In this document: positions 25,889-34,961 of the stretch, in pieces
How the letters are laid out: every line of letters begins with the position of its first letter
Numbering within the stretch: position 1 is the stretch's first letter
From: an uncultured Chryseobacterium sp.
Lineage (GTDB): Bacteria > Bacteroidota > Bacteroidia > Flavobacteriales > Schleiferiaceae
Assembly: GCA_964507215.1 (NCBI GenBank)
Contig: CAZDPF010000001.1
Location: forward strand, 1-44,344
Direction of reading: 5' to 3'
DNA: 44,344 bases
The notes under the pieces: generated by a model
Seen by the model: only the letters and a program-made list of their open reading frames with translations
Databases searched by the model: none
Told to the model about the DNA's origin: nothing
Program-made: the position numbers and the translations under genes

Positions 25889-26404
25889 TTGGCCAAGGCG
25901 CTATCTGAGTACGGAATTTCCTTTACAGGATTGTCTGTGGGCAACCATATCTTCCAATATGTGTTGGAGGATGCGTTCATGGAAAATTTTCCTGAACAGG
26001 AATTCTGCAAATTGAGGGTAGAAGCCGCTGTGAAACTGGAGAAGAAGGTCAATCTTTCCATGGAATTAGACATTCAGTTGTCTGGTTTCGTAGAAGTGAG
26101 ATGTGACCGAAGCGACAGACCCTTTGACCTCTCTGTTGAGGCCAATCGATTTGTGGTGGTGCATTTTGGAGATGCCTTCAACAATGACGATGATGAGTTG
26201 CTAATCATCCCCCACGGAGAACACGAACTCAATGTAGCCCAGTTGATTTACGAATCATTTGTACAGTCTATTCCGCTCAAAAAACTCTACCCCGGAACGG
26301 AAGAAGAAGAACCGGAGTATTACAGTAGTTCATCTGAAGAAGATGAGACCCCCGACCCTCGATGGGCGGGATTAAACTCACTTAAACAATCACACGCAGA
26401 GTAA
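25889..26404 (+). CDS. YceD/DUF177-family protein (large-subunit rRNA accumulation protein)
   Basis: It lies immediately upstream of rpmF, as DUF177 does in most bacteria, and has an acidic C-terminal tail with DPRWAGL. The start is placed at the in-frame TTG at 25889 (MAKALSEYGISFTGL...), 23 nt after the -7 box. The track start (TTG at 25829) lies upstream of that promoter. The exact start is uncertain. Confidence 0.72.
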   Translation: MAKALSEYGISFTGLSVGNHIFQYVLEDAFMENFPEQEFCKLRVEAAVKLEKKVNLSMELDIQLSGFVEVRCDRSDRPFDLSVEANRFVVVHFGDAFNNDDDELLIIPHGEHELNVAQLIYESFVQSIPLKKLYPGTEEEEPEYYSSSSEEDETPDPRWAGLNSLKQSHAE

Positions 26405-26407
26405 GCC

Positions 26408-26608
26408 ATGGCACATCCCAAACGCCGCCAATCCACTACCCGTCGCGACAAGCGCCGTACCCACTACAAGGCTACAGTACCTACTATTGCTGTTTGCCCT
26501 ACTACCGGTGATGCCCAATTGTACCACCGCGCCTACTGGCACGAGGGCAAATTGTACTACAAAGGAAGAGTTGTAGTAGACAAAGACGCTGAGGTTAGCG
26601 AAGCCTAA
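26408..26608 (+). CDS. rpmF: 50S ribosomal protein L32
   Basis: [21 protein letters not shown] is the canonical L32 N-terminus. Length 66 aa. Confidence 0.95.
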   Translation: MAHPKRRQSTTRRDKRRTHYKATVPTIAVCPTTGDAQLYHRAYWHEGKLYYKGRVVVDKDAEVSEA

Positions 26609-26640
26609 GTCAATCACCCTACGGTGAAATAAACATTCAG

Positions 26641-26679
26641 GAATTGATCGAGAAGTACTCGGTCAATTCTCTGTATTTT
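26641..26679 (+). terminator. Hairpin with interrupted U-tract after rpmF (terminator or attenuator)
   Basis: GAATTGATCGAG-aagta-CTCGGTCAATTC forms a 12-bp stem with one G-U pair (26641-26652 / 26658-26669). It is followed by tctgtatttt. Confidence 0.4.
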
Positions 26680-26692
26680 CACCTGCTTAACA

Positions 26693-27697
26693 ATGACCAT
26701 GGGCCCAGTCAGATCAGCCATCACCTCCGTAGGTGGGTACGTACCCGATTACGTTCTCACCAACGAGATGTTGGAAGAGATGGTAGACACCTCGGATGAG
26801 TGGATTACCAGCCGAACCGGAATCAAACAGCGTAGAATTCTCAAAGGAGAAGGCCGAGGCACCTCAGAAATGTTGGTTCATGCGGCACAAGAAGCGCTCG
26901 CCAAACGAGGGGTAGATCCAGCGGAAATAGATTTGGTACTGGCTTGCACCATCACGCCAGATATTTTAGTGGCTTCTACAGCCGCCAAGGTCGCTGATCT
27001 CATCGGCGCAAAAAAAGCAGCAGCCTTTGACCTCCAAGCGGCTTGTACTGGATTTATCTACGGATTGACCACGGCCAGCCAGTTCATTCAAACGGGAATG
27101 TACAAGAAGGTTTTGGTGGTTGCCGGTGATAAGATGTCGTCTATTCTAGACTATACAGATCGCACCACCTGCGTAATCTTCGGAGATGGCGCCGGTGCGG
27201 TATTGCTAGAACCCAATGAGGAAGGGCTGGGTCTTCAAGATAGTATTTTGAGAAGCGATGGGTCAGGCAGACAATACCTTTACATAAAAGGAGGTGGTTC
27301 TATGTACCCCCCTAGCGCCAAAACCGTAGAAGGGAGAGAACACTATGTGCACCAAGAAGGGCAGCAAGTTTTCAAATTTGCGGTGACCAATATGGCACAG
27401 GTAAGCGAAGAGATAATGAAGAGAAACCAACTCAACGGAGATGACGTAAGTTGGCTAGTGCCTCATCAAGCGAACAAACGAATTATTGATGCTACTTCGC
27501 ACCGAATGAACTTGAATGCAGAGCGGGTTATGATGAACATTGACCGCTATGGAAACACAACAAATGGTACTTTACCCCTTTGTCTTTGGGATTATGAGCA
27601 GCAGCTCAGAAAAGGAGACAAGCTCATTTTTGCCGCTTTTGGCGGTGGATTTACTTGGGGTTCAGCATATCTCACTTGGGCGTACGATCCCAGCTGA
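26693..27697 (+). CDS. fabH: Beta-ketoacyl-ACP synthase III
   Basis: Active-site Cys in AACTGFIYGL, His in VPHQANKRI and Asn in YGNTTNGTLP. 334 aa (an alternative start is Met3). Confidence 0.93.
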   Translation: MTMGPVRSAITSVGGYVPDYVLTNEMLEEMVDTSDEWITSRTGIKQRRILKGEGRGTSEMLVHAAQEALAKRGVDPAEIDLVLACTITPDILVASTAAKVADLIGAKKAAAFDLQAACTGFIYGLTTASQFIQTGMYKKVLVVAGDKMSSILDYTDRTTCVIFGDGAGAVLLEPNEEGLGLQDSILRSDGSGRQYLYIKGGGSMYPPSAKTVEGREHYVHQEGQQVFKFAVTNMAQVSEEIMKRNQLNGDDVSWLVPHQANKRIIDATSHRMNLNAERVMMNIDRYGNTTNGTLPLCLWDYEQQLRKGDKLIFAAFGGGFTWGSAYLTWAYDPS

Positions 27698-27704
27698 GAA
27701 TGTA

Positions 27705-27712
27705 TAGATTTG
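27705..27712 (+). promoter_or_regulatory. -7 box TAGATTTG upstream of accB
   Basis: Perfect TAnnTTTG match in the 33-nt fabH-accB gap, 18 nt before the ATG at 27731. Confidence 0.4.
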
Positions 27713-27730
27713 TTTTAAACAGCTCGACGG

Positions 27731-28234
27731 ATGGATATCAAAGAGATTCAGAATCTCATTCGCTTTGTGGCCAAGTCAGGTGCCACCGAAGTGAATTTGG
27801 AAACGGAAGAGTTCAAGATCACCATTAAAACTTCTCCCGAACACGCGGGGAACTTTAGTGATCAAGCCGTAGTACAACATGTGGCACAGGTAATTCCGGC
27901 CCCCATGGCGGCTGCGCCACAAGCAGTAGCAACACCGGCTCCAGCAGCAGCTCCGGCAAAAGAGGCCCCAGATAGTGGCAGCGACAGTGACCGTTATATT
28001 GCGGTGCGCAGCCCTATGATTGGCACCATGTACCGCCGCCCGTCTCCTGATAAAGATGCTTTTATTTCTGTAGGAGATGATATCAAGGTGGGCGATGTGG
28101 TTTGCATCATTGAAGCCATGAAACTCTTCAACGAAATTGAATCTGAAGTAAGCGGGAAAGTGGTCAAGGTATTGGTAGATGACCAAACACCTGTAGAGTA
28201 TGACCAACCCCTGTTTCTGGTCGATCCGTCGTAA
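27731..28234 (+). CDS. accB: Acetyl-CoA carboxylase biotin carboxyl carrier protein
   Basis: Pro/Ala-rich linker, then a biotinyl domain with the [10 protein letters not shown] biotin-lysine motif. Confidence 0.93.
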   Translation: MDIKEIQNLIRFVAKSGATEVNLETEEFKITIKTSPEHAGNFSDQAVVQHVAQVIPAPMAAAPQAVATPAPAAAPAKEAPDSGSDSDRYIAVRSPMIGTMYRRPSPDKDAFISVGDDIKVGDVVCIIEAMKLFNEIESEVSGKVVKVLVDDQTPVEYDQPLFLVDPS

Positions 28235-28254
28235 AACAGGCCAAAAAACCGCCT

Positions 28255-29592
28255 ATGTTCAAGAAGATACTCATCGCCAACCGCGGCGAGATCGCCCTGC
28301 GCATTATCCGCACTTGTCGGGAAATGGGCATCCGCACCGTGGCCGTATACTCCACAGCTGACGCCGATAGCCTTCATGTGCGTTTTGCCGATGAAGCCGT
28401 ATGCATAGGCCCACCTCCTTCCAGAGACTCCTATCTCAATATTCCGCGCATCATGGCCGCTGCGGAGATCACCAACTCAGATGCCATTCACCCAGGTTAT
28501 GGCTTTCTTTCTGAAAATGCGCGCTTCTCTCGCATTTGCCAAGAAAACGGGGTAAAATTCATCGGTGCTACTCCCGAACAGATCGAGCAAATGGGCGACA
28601 AGGCCACGGCCAAAGCCACCATGATCAAAGCCGGTGTGCCTTGCATTCCAGGTTCTGAAGGACTGCTCACCAGCGTGGAAGAAGCCGAGAAACTGGCCGA
28701 TAAAATTGGCTATCCAGTGATGCTGAAAGCTACTGCCGGCGGCGGCGGTCGAGGTATGCGGGCTGTGTTTAAGAAGGAAGATTTGGGAAAAGCCTTCGAA
28801 ACCGCCAGCGCCGAAGCGGGTGCCGCTTTTGGCAACAATGGGATGTATATGGAAAAACTGATTCTCGAGCCTCGGCATATCGAGATTCAGGTGGTGGGAG
28901 ACCAGTATGGCAAAGTGTGCCACCTGTCTGAAAGAGACTGCTCTATTCAACGGAGGCACCAAAAACTCACCGAAGAAACGCCATCACCTTTTATGACGCC
29001 CAAATTGCGCAGTGCAATGGGTAAGGCGGCCATCAAAGCGTCTAAAGCCATTAACTACGAAGGCGCAGGAACCGTAGAATTTTTGGTAGATAAAGACCGA
29101 AATTTCTACTTCATGGAGATGAATACGCGCATTCAAGTAGAGCATCCAATTACGGAACAGGTAATTGACTACGACTTGATTCGCGAGCAGATCAAAGTGG
29201 CTGCAGGGGTTCCTATCTCTGGGAAAAACTACGAGCCCAACCTTCACTCCATCGAATGTCGCATCAATGCGGAAGACCCGTACAATGAATTCCGTCCTTC
29301 ACCCGGCGTCATCACCAGCTTTCATGCGCCCGGTGGCCACGGTGTGCGCTTAGACACCCATGTGTATGCTGGTTACACCATTCCGCCGCATTATGATTCT
29401 ATGATTGCCAAGCTCATCACCACGGCACAAACCCGTGAAGAGGCCATTGATAAAATGCGTCGTGCCTTGGATGAGTTTGTGATAGAAGGCATCAAAACTA
29501 CCATTCCTTTCCATCGCCAATTGATGGATGACCCCCATTATTTGGAGGGCAATTACACCACCAAATTCATGGAAACTTTTCAGTTGAAATAA
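28255..29592 (+). CDS. accC: Acetyl-CoA carboxylase biotin carboxylase subunit
   Basis: [26 protein letters not shown]..., an ATP-grasp with GGGGRGMR, and [14 protein letters not shown]. Length 445 aa. Confidence 0.97.
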   Translation: MFKKILIANRGEIALRIIRTCREMGIRTVAVYSTADADSLHVRFADEAVCIGPPPSRDSYLNIPRIMAAAEITNSDAIHPGYGFLSENARFSRICQENGVKFIGATPEQIEQMGDKATAKATMIKAGVPCIPGSEGLLTSVEEAEKLADKIGYPVMLKATAGGGGRGMRAVFKKEDLGKAFETASAEAGAAFGNNGMYMEKLILEPRHIEIQVVGDQYGKVCHLSERDCSIQRRHQKLTEETPSPFMTPKLRSAMGKAAIKASKAINYEGAGTVEFLVDKDRNFYFMEMNTRIQVEHPITEQVIDYDLIREQIKVAAGVPISGKNYEPNLHSIECRINAEDPYNEFRPSPGVITSFHAPGGHGVRLDTHVYAGYTIPPHYDSMIAKLITTAQTREEAIDKMRRALDEFVIEGIKTTIPFHRQLMDDPHYLEGNYTTKFMETFQLK

Positions 29593-29624
29593 ACCTGATT
29601 TTCCTGAACGGTTCAATTACAAAG

Positions 29625-29654
29625 AAGCCGTCTCCATACGGGGGCGGCTTTTCT
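29625..29654 (+). terminator. Rho-independent terminator after accC (weaker hairpin also available to convergent korB)
   Basis: AAGCCGTCTCC-atac-GGGGGCGGCTT forms an 11-bp stem (two G-U pairs) followed by ttttctgttt. On the minus strand the same stem has two C-A mismatches. Confidence 0.7.
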
Positions 29655-29656
29655 GT

Positions 29657-30676
29657 TTAGTGAATCTCCCAGTGATTCTCACCCTCCAACAGCCGATCTA
29701 GGTCACCGCTGCCCTTGGCTTTCACCGCTCGGGTAAACTGCTTTTCGAGCTCTTCTTCGTATATCGGACGATCTTCTTGATACAACACGCCAAAAGGCCT
29801 CGGACGATGCCCTTCATTGTGGGCTGAATCAAACAATCTGCTAAGCAAATGGGCCTTGTAGGGGTCTGATGAATCATGCTTCCACCAGTGGTCTTCCGCC
29901 ACTTCTTCTAGCGGCTTTGCTACAGCTCTTCCCTGTTCAATCACCATCACGCGCTTGCCTTCGGCTGTTCCAAAGATCAATGGCTCGCCTTCCGTGAGCA
30001 TCAACACATTGTTGTCTTTGCTTTTCTTGTCTGAATACGGCTCAAAAGCACCATCATTGAACACATTACAATTCTGGTAAATCTCCACCAATGAAGTGCC
30101 TTTGTGTTTATTGGCCGCCAAAAGCACCTCGCGCAATTGCTTGGGATCTCGATCTAATCCTCTGGCCACAAAGGTGGCATCAGCGCCCAAGGCCAAGGCA
30201 AGCGGATTGAATGGGTGGTCTATGGTTCCCCACGGACTTGATTTGGTGTTTTTGCCCAATTCTGAAGTAGGACTGTATTGCCCCTTGGTGAGGCCATAAA
30301 TCTCATTGTTGAAAAGCAGGATGTTCACGTCCAAATTGCGCCTCAACAAGTGAATCAAATGGTTGCCCCCAATGCTCAATCCATCTCCATCACCAGTGAT
30401 GATCCACACGCTCAGTTCTTTACGCATCATTTTTAAGCCTGATGCGATGGCGGTGGCCCTTCCATGAATACTGTGCATTCCGTAGGTATTCATGTAGTAA
30501 GGAAAGCGAGAAGAACAACCAATTCCAGAGATGAATACCACGTTTTCGCGTGGCACTCCAATCTCTGGCATGATAGATTGGACCTGCTTTAGAATACTGT
30601 AATCTCCGCATCCCGGGCACCACCTCACATCTTGGTCTGTGGCGAAGTCTTTGGCGGTCAATAAAGCGGTTTCCAT
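29657..30676 (-). CDS. korB: 2-oxoglutarate/2-oxoacid:ferredoxin oxidoreductase, beta subunit
   Basis: TPP-binding region ...WCPGCGDYSIL..., GIGCSSRFPYY, and TGDGDGLSIGGNHLIH. Confidence 0.9.
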   Translation of the reverse strand: METALLTAKDFATDQDVRWCPGCGDYSILKQVQSIMPEIGVPRENVVFISGIGCSSRFPYYMNTYGMHSIHGRATAIASGLKMMRKELSVWIITGDGDGLSIGGNHLIHLLRRNLDVNILLFNNEIYGLTKGQYSPTSELGKNTKSSPWGTIDHPFNPLALALGADATFVARGLDRDPKQLREVLLAANKHKGTSLVEIYQNCNVFNDGAFEPYSDKKSKDNNVLMLTEGEPLIFGTAEGKRVMVIEQGRAVAKPLEEVAEDHWWKHDSSDPYKAHLLSRLFDSAHNEGHRPRPFGVLYQEDRPIYEEELEKQFTRAVKAKGSGDLDRLLEGENHWEIH

Positions 30677-30681
30677 GCTGA

Positions 30682-32517
30682 TTAGGCCTTTAAAATTTCA
30701 AGTGCGCGCTCTTCAATCTCAGCGGCCAAAAATGGAAGCCCCTTCACCTTGTGCAGTCCTTCCGCAGGAATTCCGAATTGGTCTCTGATGAAGTGTAGCA
30801 GTTGGCCCGCGTTGAGTTCCGGTATTAAGACATGCTCAAATTGTTGAAGGAGTTCACCCAAATTGGCTGGGAACGGATGCACATACCGCAGGTGGGCATG
30901 TGCCACACTCATGCCTGCTGAGGTGAGATTTTCAGCGGCCGTACGAATGGCTCCATAAGTTGATCCCCAACCGAGCAGGAGGAGTTCTCCTGTTTGCGGT
31001 CCACATTCTATTTCCTGTGAAGGAACATAATGGGCAATTGCATCCACCTTGGCTTTTCGGGCCATCACCATGAGTTGGTGATTTTCTGGATCATAGCTGA
31101 CATTGCCTGTATCAGCCTGTTTCTCCAGTCCGCCCACGCGGTGTTCCAAGCCAGCTGTTCCTGGAATGGCCCATCTACGCACTCCTCTTTCATCTCTTTT
31201 GTACGGAAGGTATTCTGCCGCTCCCCATTCCGCAAAAGGCGGGTTGATCTCTGCCAGTGCATCTGCCTTTGGAAAGCGCCATGGCTCTGCTCCGTTGGCG
31301 ATATAGCCATCAGACAACACCATCACCGGGGTCATGTGTTCGATGGCGATACGACAAGCTTCAAAGGCTACTTCAAAGGCATCACTGGGCGATGCACAAG
31401 CCAAAACGGGCATAGGTGCTTCGCCATTTCTTCCATAGATGGCTTGAAACAGATCTGACTGTTCTGTTTTGGTGGGAAGTCCGGTACTGGGTCCTCCGCG
31501 CTGTACGTTCACTACAACTAGGGGAAGCTCCAGCATGATGGCCAATCCAATACCCTCTGCCTTCAGCGCGATGCCCGGACCAGAAGAAGCAGTAGCGGCC
31601 AATGCGCCGCCAAAAGACGCACCAATGGCTGATGTTACTGCAGCGATCTCATCTTCTGCCTGAAAGGTGCGCACCCCAAAGTTTTTATGCTTAGACAATT
31701 CATGCAAAATGTCAGAAGCCGGGGTAATGGGGTAGCCTGCGTAGAAAAGATTGAGCCCTGATTTTACGGATGCCGCCAATAGGCCTGCAGCCAAAGCCTC
31801 ATTGCCCATCACATTTCGGTATTTGCCTGGCGGAAGCTTGGCCGGTTCTACCTGAAATCGATTGCTGAAGATTTCGGCTGTTTCGCCATAATGATAACCC
31901 GCTTTAAGCACGGCCAAATTGGCATCTCGAACATCGGGTTTCTTGGCAAAGCGCTTTTCTATGAAGTCAATGCTGGGCTGAATGTTTCGGTTGTACAACC
32001 AATACACCAAGCCCAAGGTGAACATATTCTTTGCTCGGTCTTGGTCACGGGTGCTCAGTCCGCTGTCTTTCAAGGCCTCACGGGTAAGCTTGGTGATCTC
32101 TACTTCAATCACTTCGCATCCCCTATCTCTGGCTTCTTGGAGCAAATCGCGATGCTCATCAAGACCGGCCAAGCGCAAATTGCGTTTGTCAAAACCATTC
32201 ACGTTGGCCACAATAATGCCCCGTGGCTTGAGCTCATCGAGGTTTTTGATCAGGGCGGCGGCGTTCATGGCCACCAATGTATCTGCCTTGCCCCCGGGAG
32301 TATAAACTTCTACACTGCCAAAGTTGATTTTGAATCCCGAAACACCTGAAACAGTTCCGGCCGGAGCGCGAATTTCTGCCGGGAAATCTGGGAAAGTGCT
32401 GAGGTCATTGCCGTGAATGGCAGATGTGTTCGAAAACTGAAAGCCGGTCAATTGCATGCCATCCCCAGAGTCTCCTGCAAAAAGGATGGTGGCCTTTTGT
32501 ATGGAGGTCTCGCTCAT
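30682..32517 (-). CDS. korA: 2-oxoglutarate/2-oxoacid:ferredoxin oxidoreductase, alpha subunit
   Basis: 611 aa. An N-terminal gamma-like domain (GDSGDGMQLTG) is fused to a PFOR domain I-type alpha region (GYPITPASDILHEL...). It is paired with korB 5 nt downstream. Confidence 0.9.
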   Translation of the reverse strand: MSETSIQKATILFAGDSGDGMQLTGFQFSNTSAIHGNDLSTFPDFPAEIRAPAGTVSGVSGFKINFGSVEVYTPGGKADTLVAMNAAALIKNLDELKPRGIIVANVNGFDKRNLRLAGLDEHRDLLQEARDRGCEVIEVEITKLTREALKDSGLSTRDQDRAKNMFTLGLVYWLYNRNIQPSIDFIEKRFAKKPDVRDANLAVLKAGYHYGETAEIFSNRFQVEPAKLPPGKYRNVMGNEALAAGLLAASVKSGLNLFYAGYPITPASDILHELSKHKNFGVRTFQAEDEIAAVTSAIGASFGGALAATASSGPGIALKAEGIGLAIMLELPLVVVNVQRGGPSTGLPTKTEQSDLFQAIYGRNGEAPMPVLACASPSDAFEVAFEACRIAIEHMTPVMVLSDGYIANGAEPWRFPKADALAEINPPFAEWGAAEYLPYKRDERGVRRWAIPGTAGLEHRVGGLEKQADTGNVSYDPENHQLMVMARKAKVDAIAHYVPSQEIECGPQTGELLLLGWGSTYGAIRTAAENLTSAGMSVAHAHLRYVHPFPANLGELLQQFEHVLIPELNAGQLLHFIRDQFGIPAEGLHKVKGLPFLAAEIEERALEILKA

Positions 32518-32774
32518 GCCTGACGGGCTTGGGTATGCAATTCAATGACACTTATTACTTCCGGTGCGTATTTCTTTATGGTCATTTCCACCCCATTCTT
32601 CAAGGTGAGTTGGTTCACTTTACAGCCAATGCAATTGCCGTGGAGTTGCACCTCAACATTTCCAGCATCATCAAGATGAACCAAACTAATATCGCCGCCG
32701 TCAGACCGCAAGAACGGACGGATTTCATCCAATGCTTTCTCTACCCTCGCTCTTAAATCTGAATTCTTTTTCAT
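32514..32774 (-). CDS. NifU-like Fe-S cluster scaffold/carrier domain protein
   Basis: Trimmed to Met9 (reverse-strand ATG at 32772-32774): MKKNSDLRARVEKALDEIRPFLRSDGGDISLV...GNCIGC (CxxC). There are ATGA-type 4-nt overlaps with mrp upstream and korA downstream. Confidence 0.85.
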   Translation of the reverse strand: MKKNSDLRARVEKALDEIRPFLRSDGGDISLVHLDDAGNVEVQLHGNCIGCKVNQLTLKNGVEMTIKKYAPEVISVIELHTQARQA

Positions 32775-33904
32775 GCTTTTGGTTTTACCGCGGCACATCC
32801 GGCCATGGTGGTAATTCTCACAATTTCTGTTGGGGGTAGTTGATCATTGCGATGCACCACTTCTTCTACCGTTCTTCTCGCCATTTCAATAAAGGCATCA
32901 CTTACTGCTGAGCCCTCTTGCAAAATGGCCGGACGCCCTACATCTCCAGCCTCTCGAATACTTTGCACCAATGGAATTTCACCCAAGAATGGGGTGTTCA
33001 GCTCCTCCGCCAAGTGCTTAGCGCCATCTTGACCAAAGATGTAGTATTTGTTGTCTGGTAATTCGGGTGGACTGAAATACGCCATGTTTTCTACAATGCC
33101 CAAAACCGGAACATTGATAGAATCTAATCTGAACATGGCCACCCCTTTGCGCGCATCTGCCAGGGCGATAGGTTGCGGGGTGCTCACTACCAAGGCTCCG
33201 GTAACGGGTACTGCCTGCACCAAAGAGAGGTGGATATCACTTGTGCCGGGCGGCAGATCGATGATAAGAAAATCCAACTCACCCCAGTGGGCATCTCTGA
33301 TCAACTGGTTGAGGGCTTTGGTAGCCATTGGGCCTCGCCATACCACAGCTTGATTGGCCCCTGCAAAAAAGCCAATGGAAAGCAGCTTCACTCCGTAGCT
33401 CTGAACAGGATCCATTTTTCGGATCCCATCTACCTCAATACTGGCTGGTTTCTCGTGGGCTACATCAAACATCATGGGCATACTAGGACCGTAGATATCG
33501 GCATCTACCAGTCCTACTTTGAAGCCCATATTGGCCAATGCAACGGCCAAATTGGCTGTAACAGTTGATTTACCAACTCCTCCTTTTCCGCTGGCCACCG
33601 CAATAATATTCTGCACCCCGGGAAGGGCTGGGCCCTTTAGTTGAGGCTCTTCGTGGCGGGTTTCAGGAACTTGAATGCGCACCTTCACCTTGGCCTTTGG
33701 GTACACTCGATCTTGAATGGCTTTAATGACCTCAACCTCTAGCTTCTTCTTTACGGCCAGTGCAGCGGATGAGCAATACACATCTAGTTCTACTTCTTCG
33801 CCAAAAACTTGCACATTCTTAACGTGACCTTCTTCAACTACAGACTTATTGGAGTTATGGGCTTTTACCGAATCCAAGGCCTGTATGATTTCCTGTTTTT
33901 TCAT
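32771..33904 (-). CDS. mrp: Mrp/NBP35 (ApbC) family Fe-S cluster carrier ATPase
   Basis: An N-terminal DUF59-like region, the deviant Walker A SGKGGVGKST, and a ParA-like fold. The start is set at Met8 (33904) because a -7 box (33910-33917) lies within the longer ORF. The alternative start is 33925. Confidence 0.9.
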   Translation of the reverse strand: MKKQEIIQALDSVKAHNSNKSVVEEGHVKNVQVFGEEVELDVYCSSAALAVKKKLEVEVIKAIQDRVYPKAKVKVRIQVPETRHEEPQLKGPALPGVQNIIAVASGKGGVGKSTVTANLAVALANMGFKVGLVDADIYGPSMPMMFDVAHEKPASIEVDGIRKMDPVQSYGVKLLSIGFFAGANQAVVWRGPMATKALNQLIRDAHWGELDFLIIDLPPGTSDIHLSLVQAVPVTGALVVSTPQPIALADARKGVAMFRLDSINVPVLGIVENMAYFSPPELPDNKYYIFGQDGAKHLAEELNTPFLGEIPLVQSIREAGDVGRPAILQEGSAVSDAFIEMARRTVEEVVHRNDQLPPTEIVRITTMAGCAAVKPKA

Positions 33905-33909
33905 TGATT

Positions 33910-33917
33910 CAAAATTA
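33910..33917 (-). promoter_or_regulatory. -7 box TAATTTTG, 5 nt upstream of the mrp ATG (internal promoter)
   Basis: The minus strand reads aacTAATTTTGaatcaATG. A 12-bp perfect palindrome CCCGCTAGCGGG (33925-33936) sits at the expected -33 position. Confidence 0.4.
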
Positions 33918-33947
33918 GTTGACACCCGCTAGCGGGGAAGTGCGTCA

Positions 33948-34307
33948 TCACACAAAGTCGTCACGGCTTAACCAATCTGATGGATCCCAAAAATGCTGTT
34001 GAAAGTTTTGAATTTGATCATCAATCACTTCAATGCCTTCTGAACGCAGCAAGTCTTCCATCAAGGTGAGTCCGCCAAAGTGGTGCTTGCCCGTGAGCAG
34101 GCCATTTCTGTTAACCACCCGATGGGCAGGAACATCAGGCTGGCTATGAGAAGCATTCATGGCATAGCCCACGGTGCGGGCCGCACCTGGCGATCCCAAA
34201 AAAGAAGCAATAGCTCCGTAGCTGCATACTTTTCCCGGTGGAATGGCGCGAACAACGGCATATACCCTTTGGTAAAAATCACTGCTCATGGTCAAATCCG
34301 AACTCAA
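33948..34307 (-). CDS. Alkyltransferase-like (ATL) protein, an MGMT DNA-binding domain lacking the acceptor Cys
   Basis: The 119-aa (or 113-aa from Met7) product has the MGMT C-terminal fold motifs (IPPGKVCSYGAIA, ARTVGYAM). The P-C-H-R-V active site reads P-A-H-R-V (Ala61, codon GCC at 34125-34127). Confidence 0.8.
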   Translation of the reverse strand: MSSDLTMSSDFYQRVYAVVRAIPPGKVCSYGAIASFLGSPGAARTVGYAMNASHSQPDVPAHRVVNRNGLLTGKHHFGGLTLMEDLLRSEGIEVIDDQIQNFQQHFWDPSDWLSRDDFV

Positions 34308-34959
34308 GATAGGTAATGGCCTTTCCCTTCTCGCGAAATAAACCTTCGTAGTGGGTTCTCACTTGATGCAAATCAGACGTTTGATCGAGCAGCTGTCTGT
34401 CGATGTCATAAAAGGCCCTGTACACCGGCAACCCCATCATTTCCACCACCCCTTGGGTATAGCCATGTAGGAATTCACTATCGGTTTTTAATTTGATTCG
34501 GCCTCCTGGTCGAAGAATTTTCTGATAGCGCTCCAAAAAATCAGGATGGGTTAGCCGATGCTTTCCCCTTTTGTACTTGATCTGGGGATCGGGGAAGGTG
34601 ATCCAGATTTCATCTACTTCTTGGAAGCCAAAGGCCCGATCGATCAACTCAATCTGACAACGCAAAAAGGCTGCATTGTGCAAAGACTCTTCTACGGCGG
34701 TTTTTGCGCCCCTCCACAAACGAGCCCCTTTGATATCTACGCCTATAAAATGCCGTTCCGGATGCCGCTTTGCCAGCGCCACGGTATACTCGCCCTTGCC
34801 ACAACCGAGCTCTAGGGTAATGGGCTGTTCGCGCTGAAAAATGGTTTCGTTCCAGTTCCCTTTCAGCTTCCACTCTTCTATGAGCGCTGCCCGGCTTGGT
34901 TCCACCACATGGTGGAAAGACTTGTTCTCTTCAAACCTACGGAGCTTGGTTCTTGACAT
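34279..34959 (-). CDS. trmB: tRNA (guanine46-N7)-methyltransferase
   Basis: The SAM motif LELGCGKGEY, IGVDIKG, ITFPDPQIKYKRGKHRL and the 226-aa length are typical of TrmB. Confidence 0.92.
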   Translation of the reverse strand: MSRTKLRRFEENKSFHHVVEPSRAALIEEWKLKGNWNETIFQREQPITLELGCGKGEYTVALAKRHPERHFIGVDIKGARLWRGAKTAVEESLHNAAFLRCQIELIDRAFGFQEVDEIWITFPDPQIKYKRGKHRLTHPDFLERYQKILRPGGRIKLKTDSEFLHGYTQGVVEMMGLPVYRAFYDIDRQLLDQTSDLHQVRTHYEGLFREKGKAITYLEFGFDHEQ

Positions 34960-34961
34960 GT

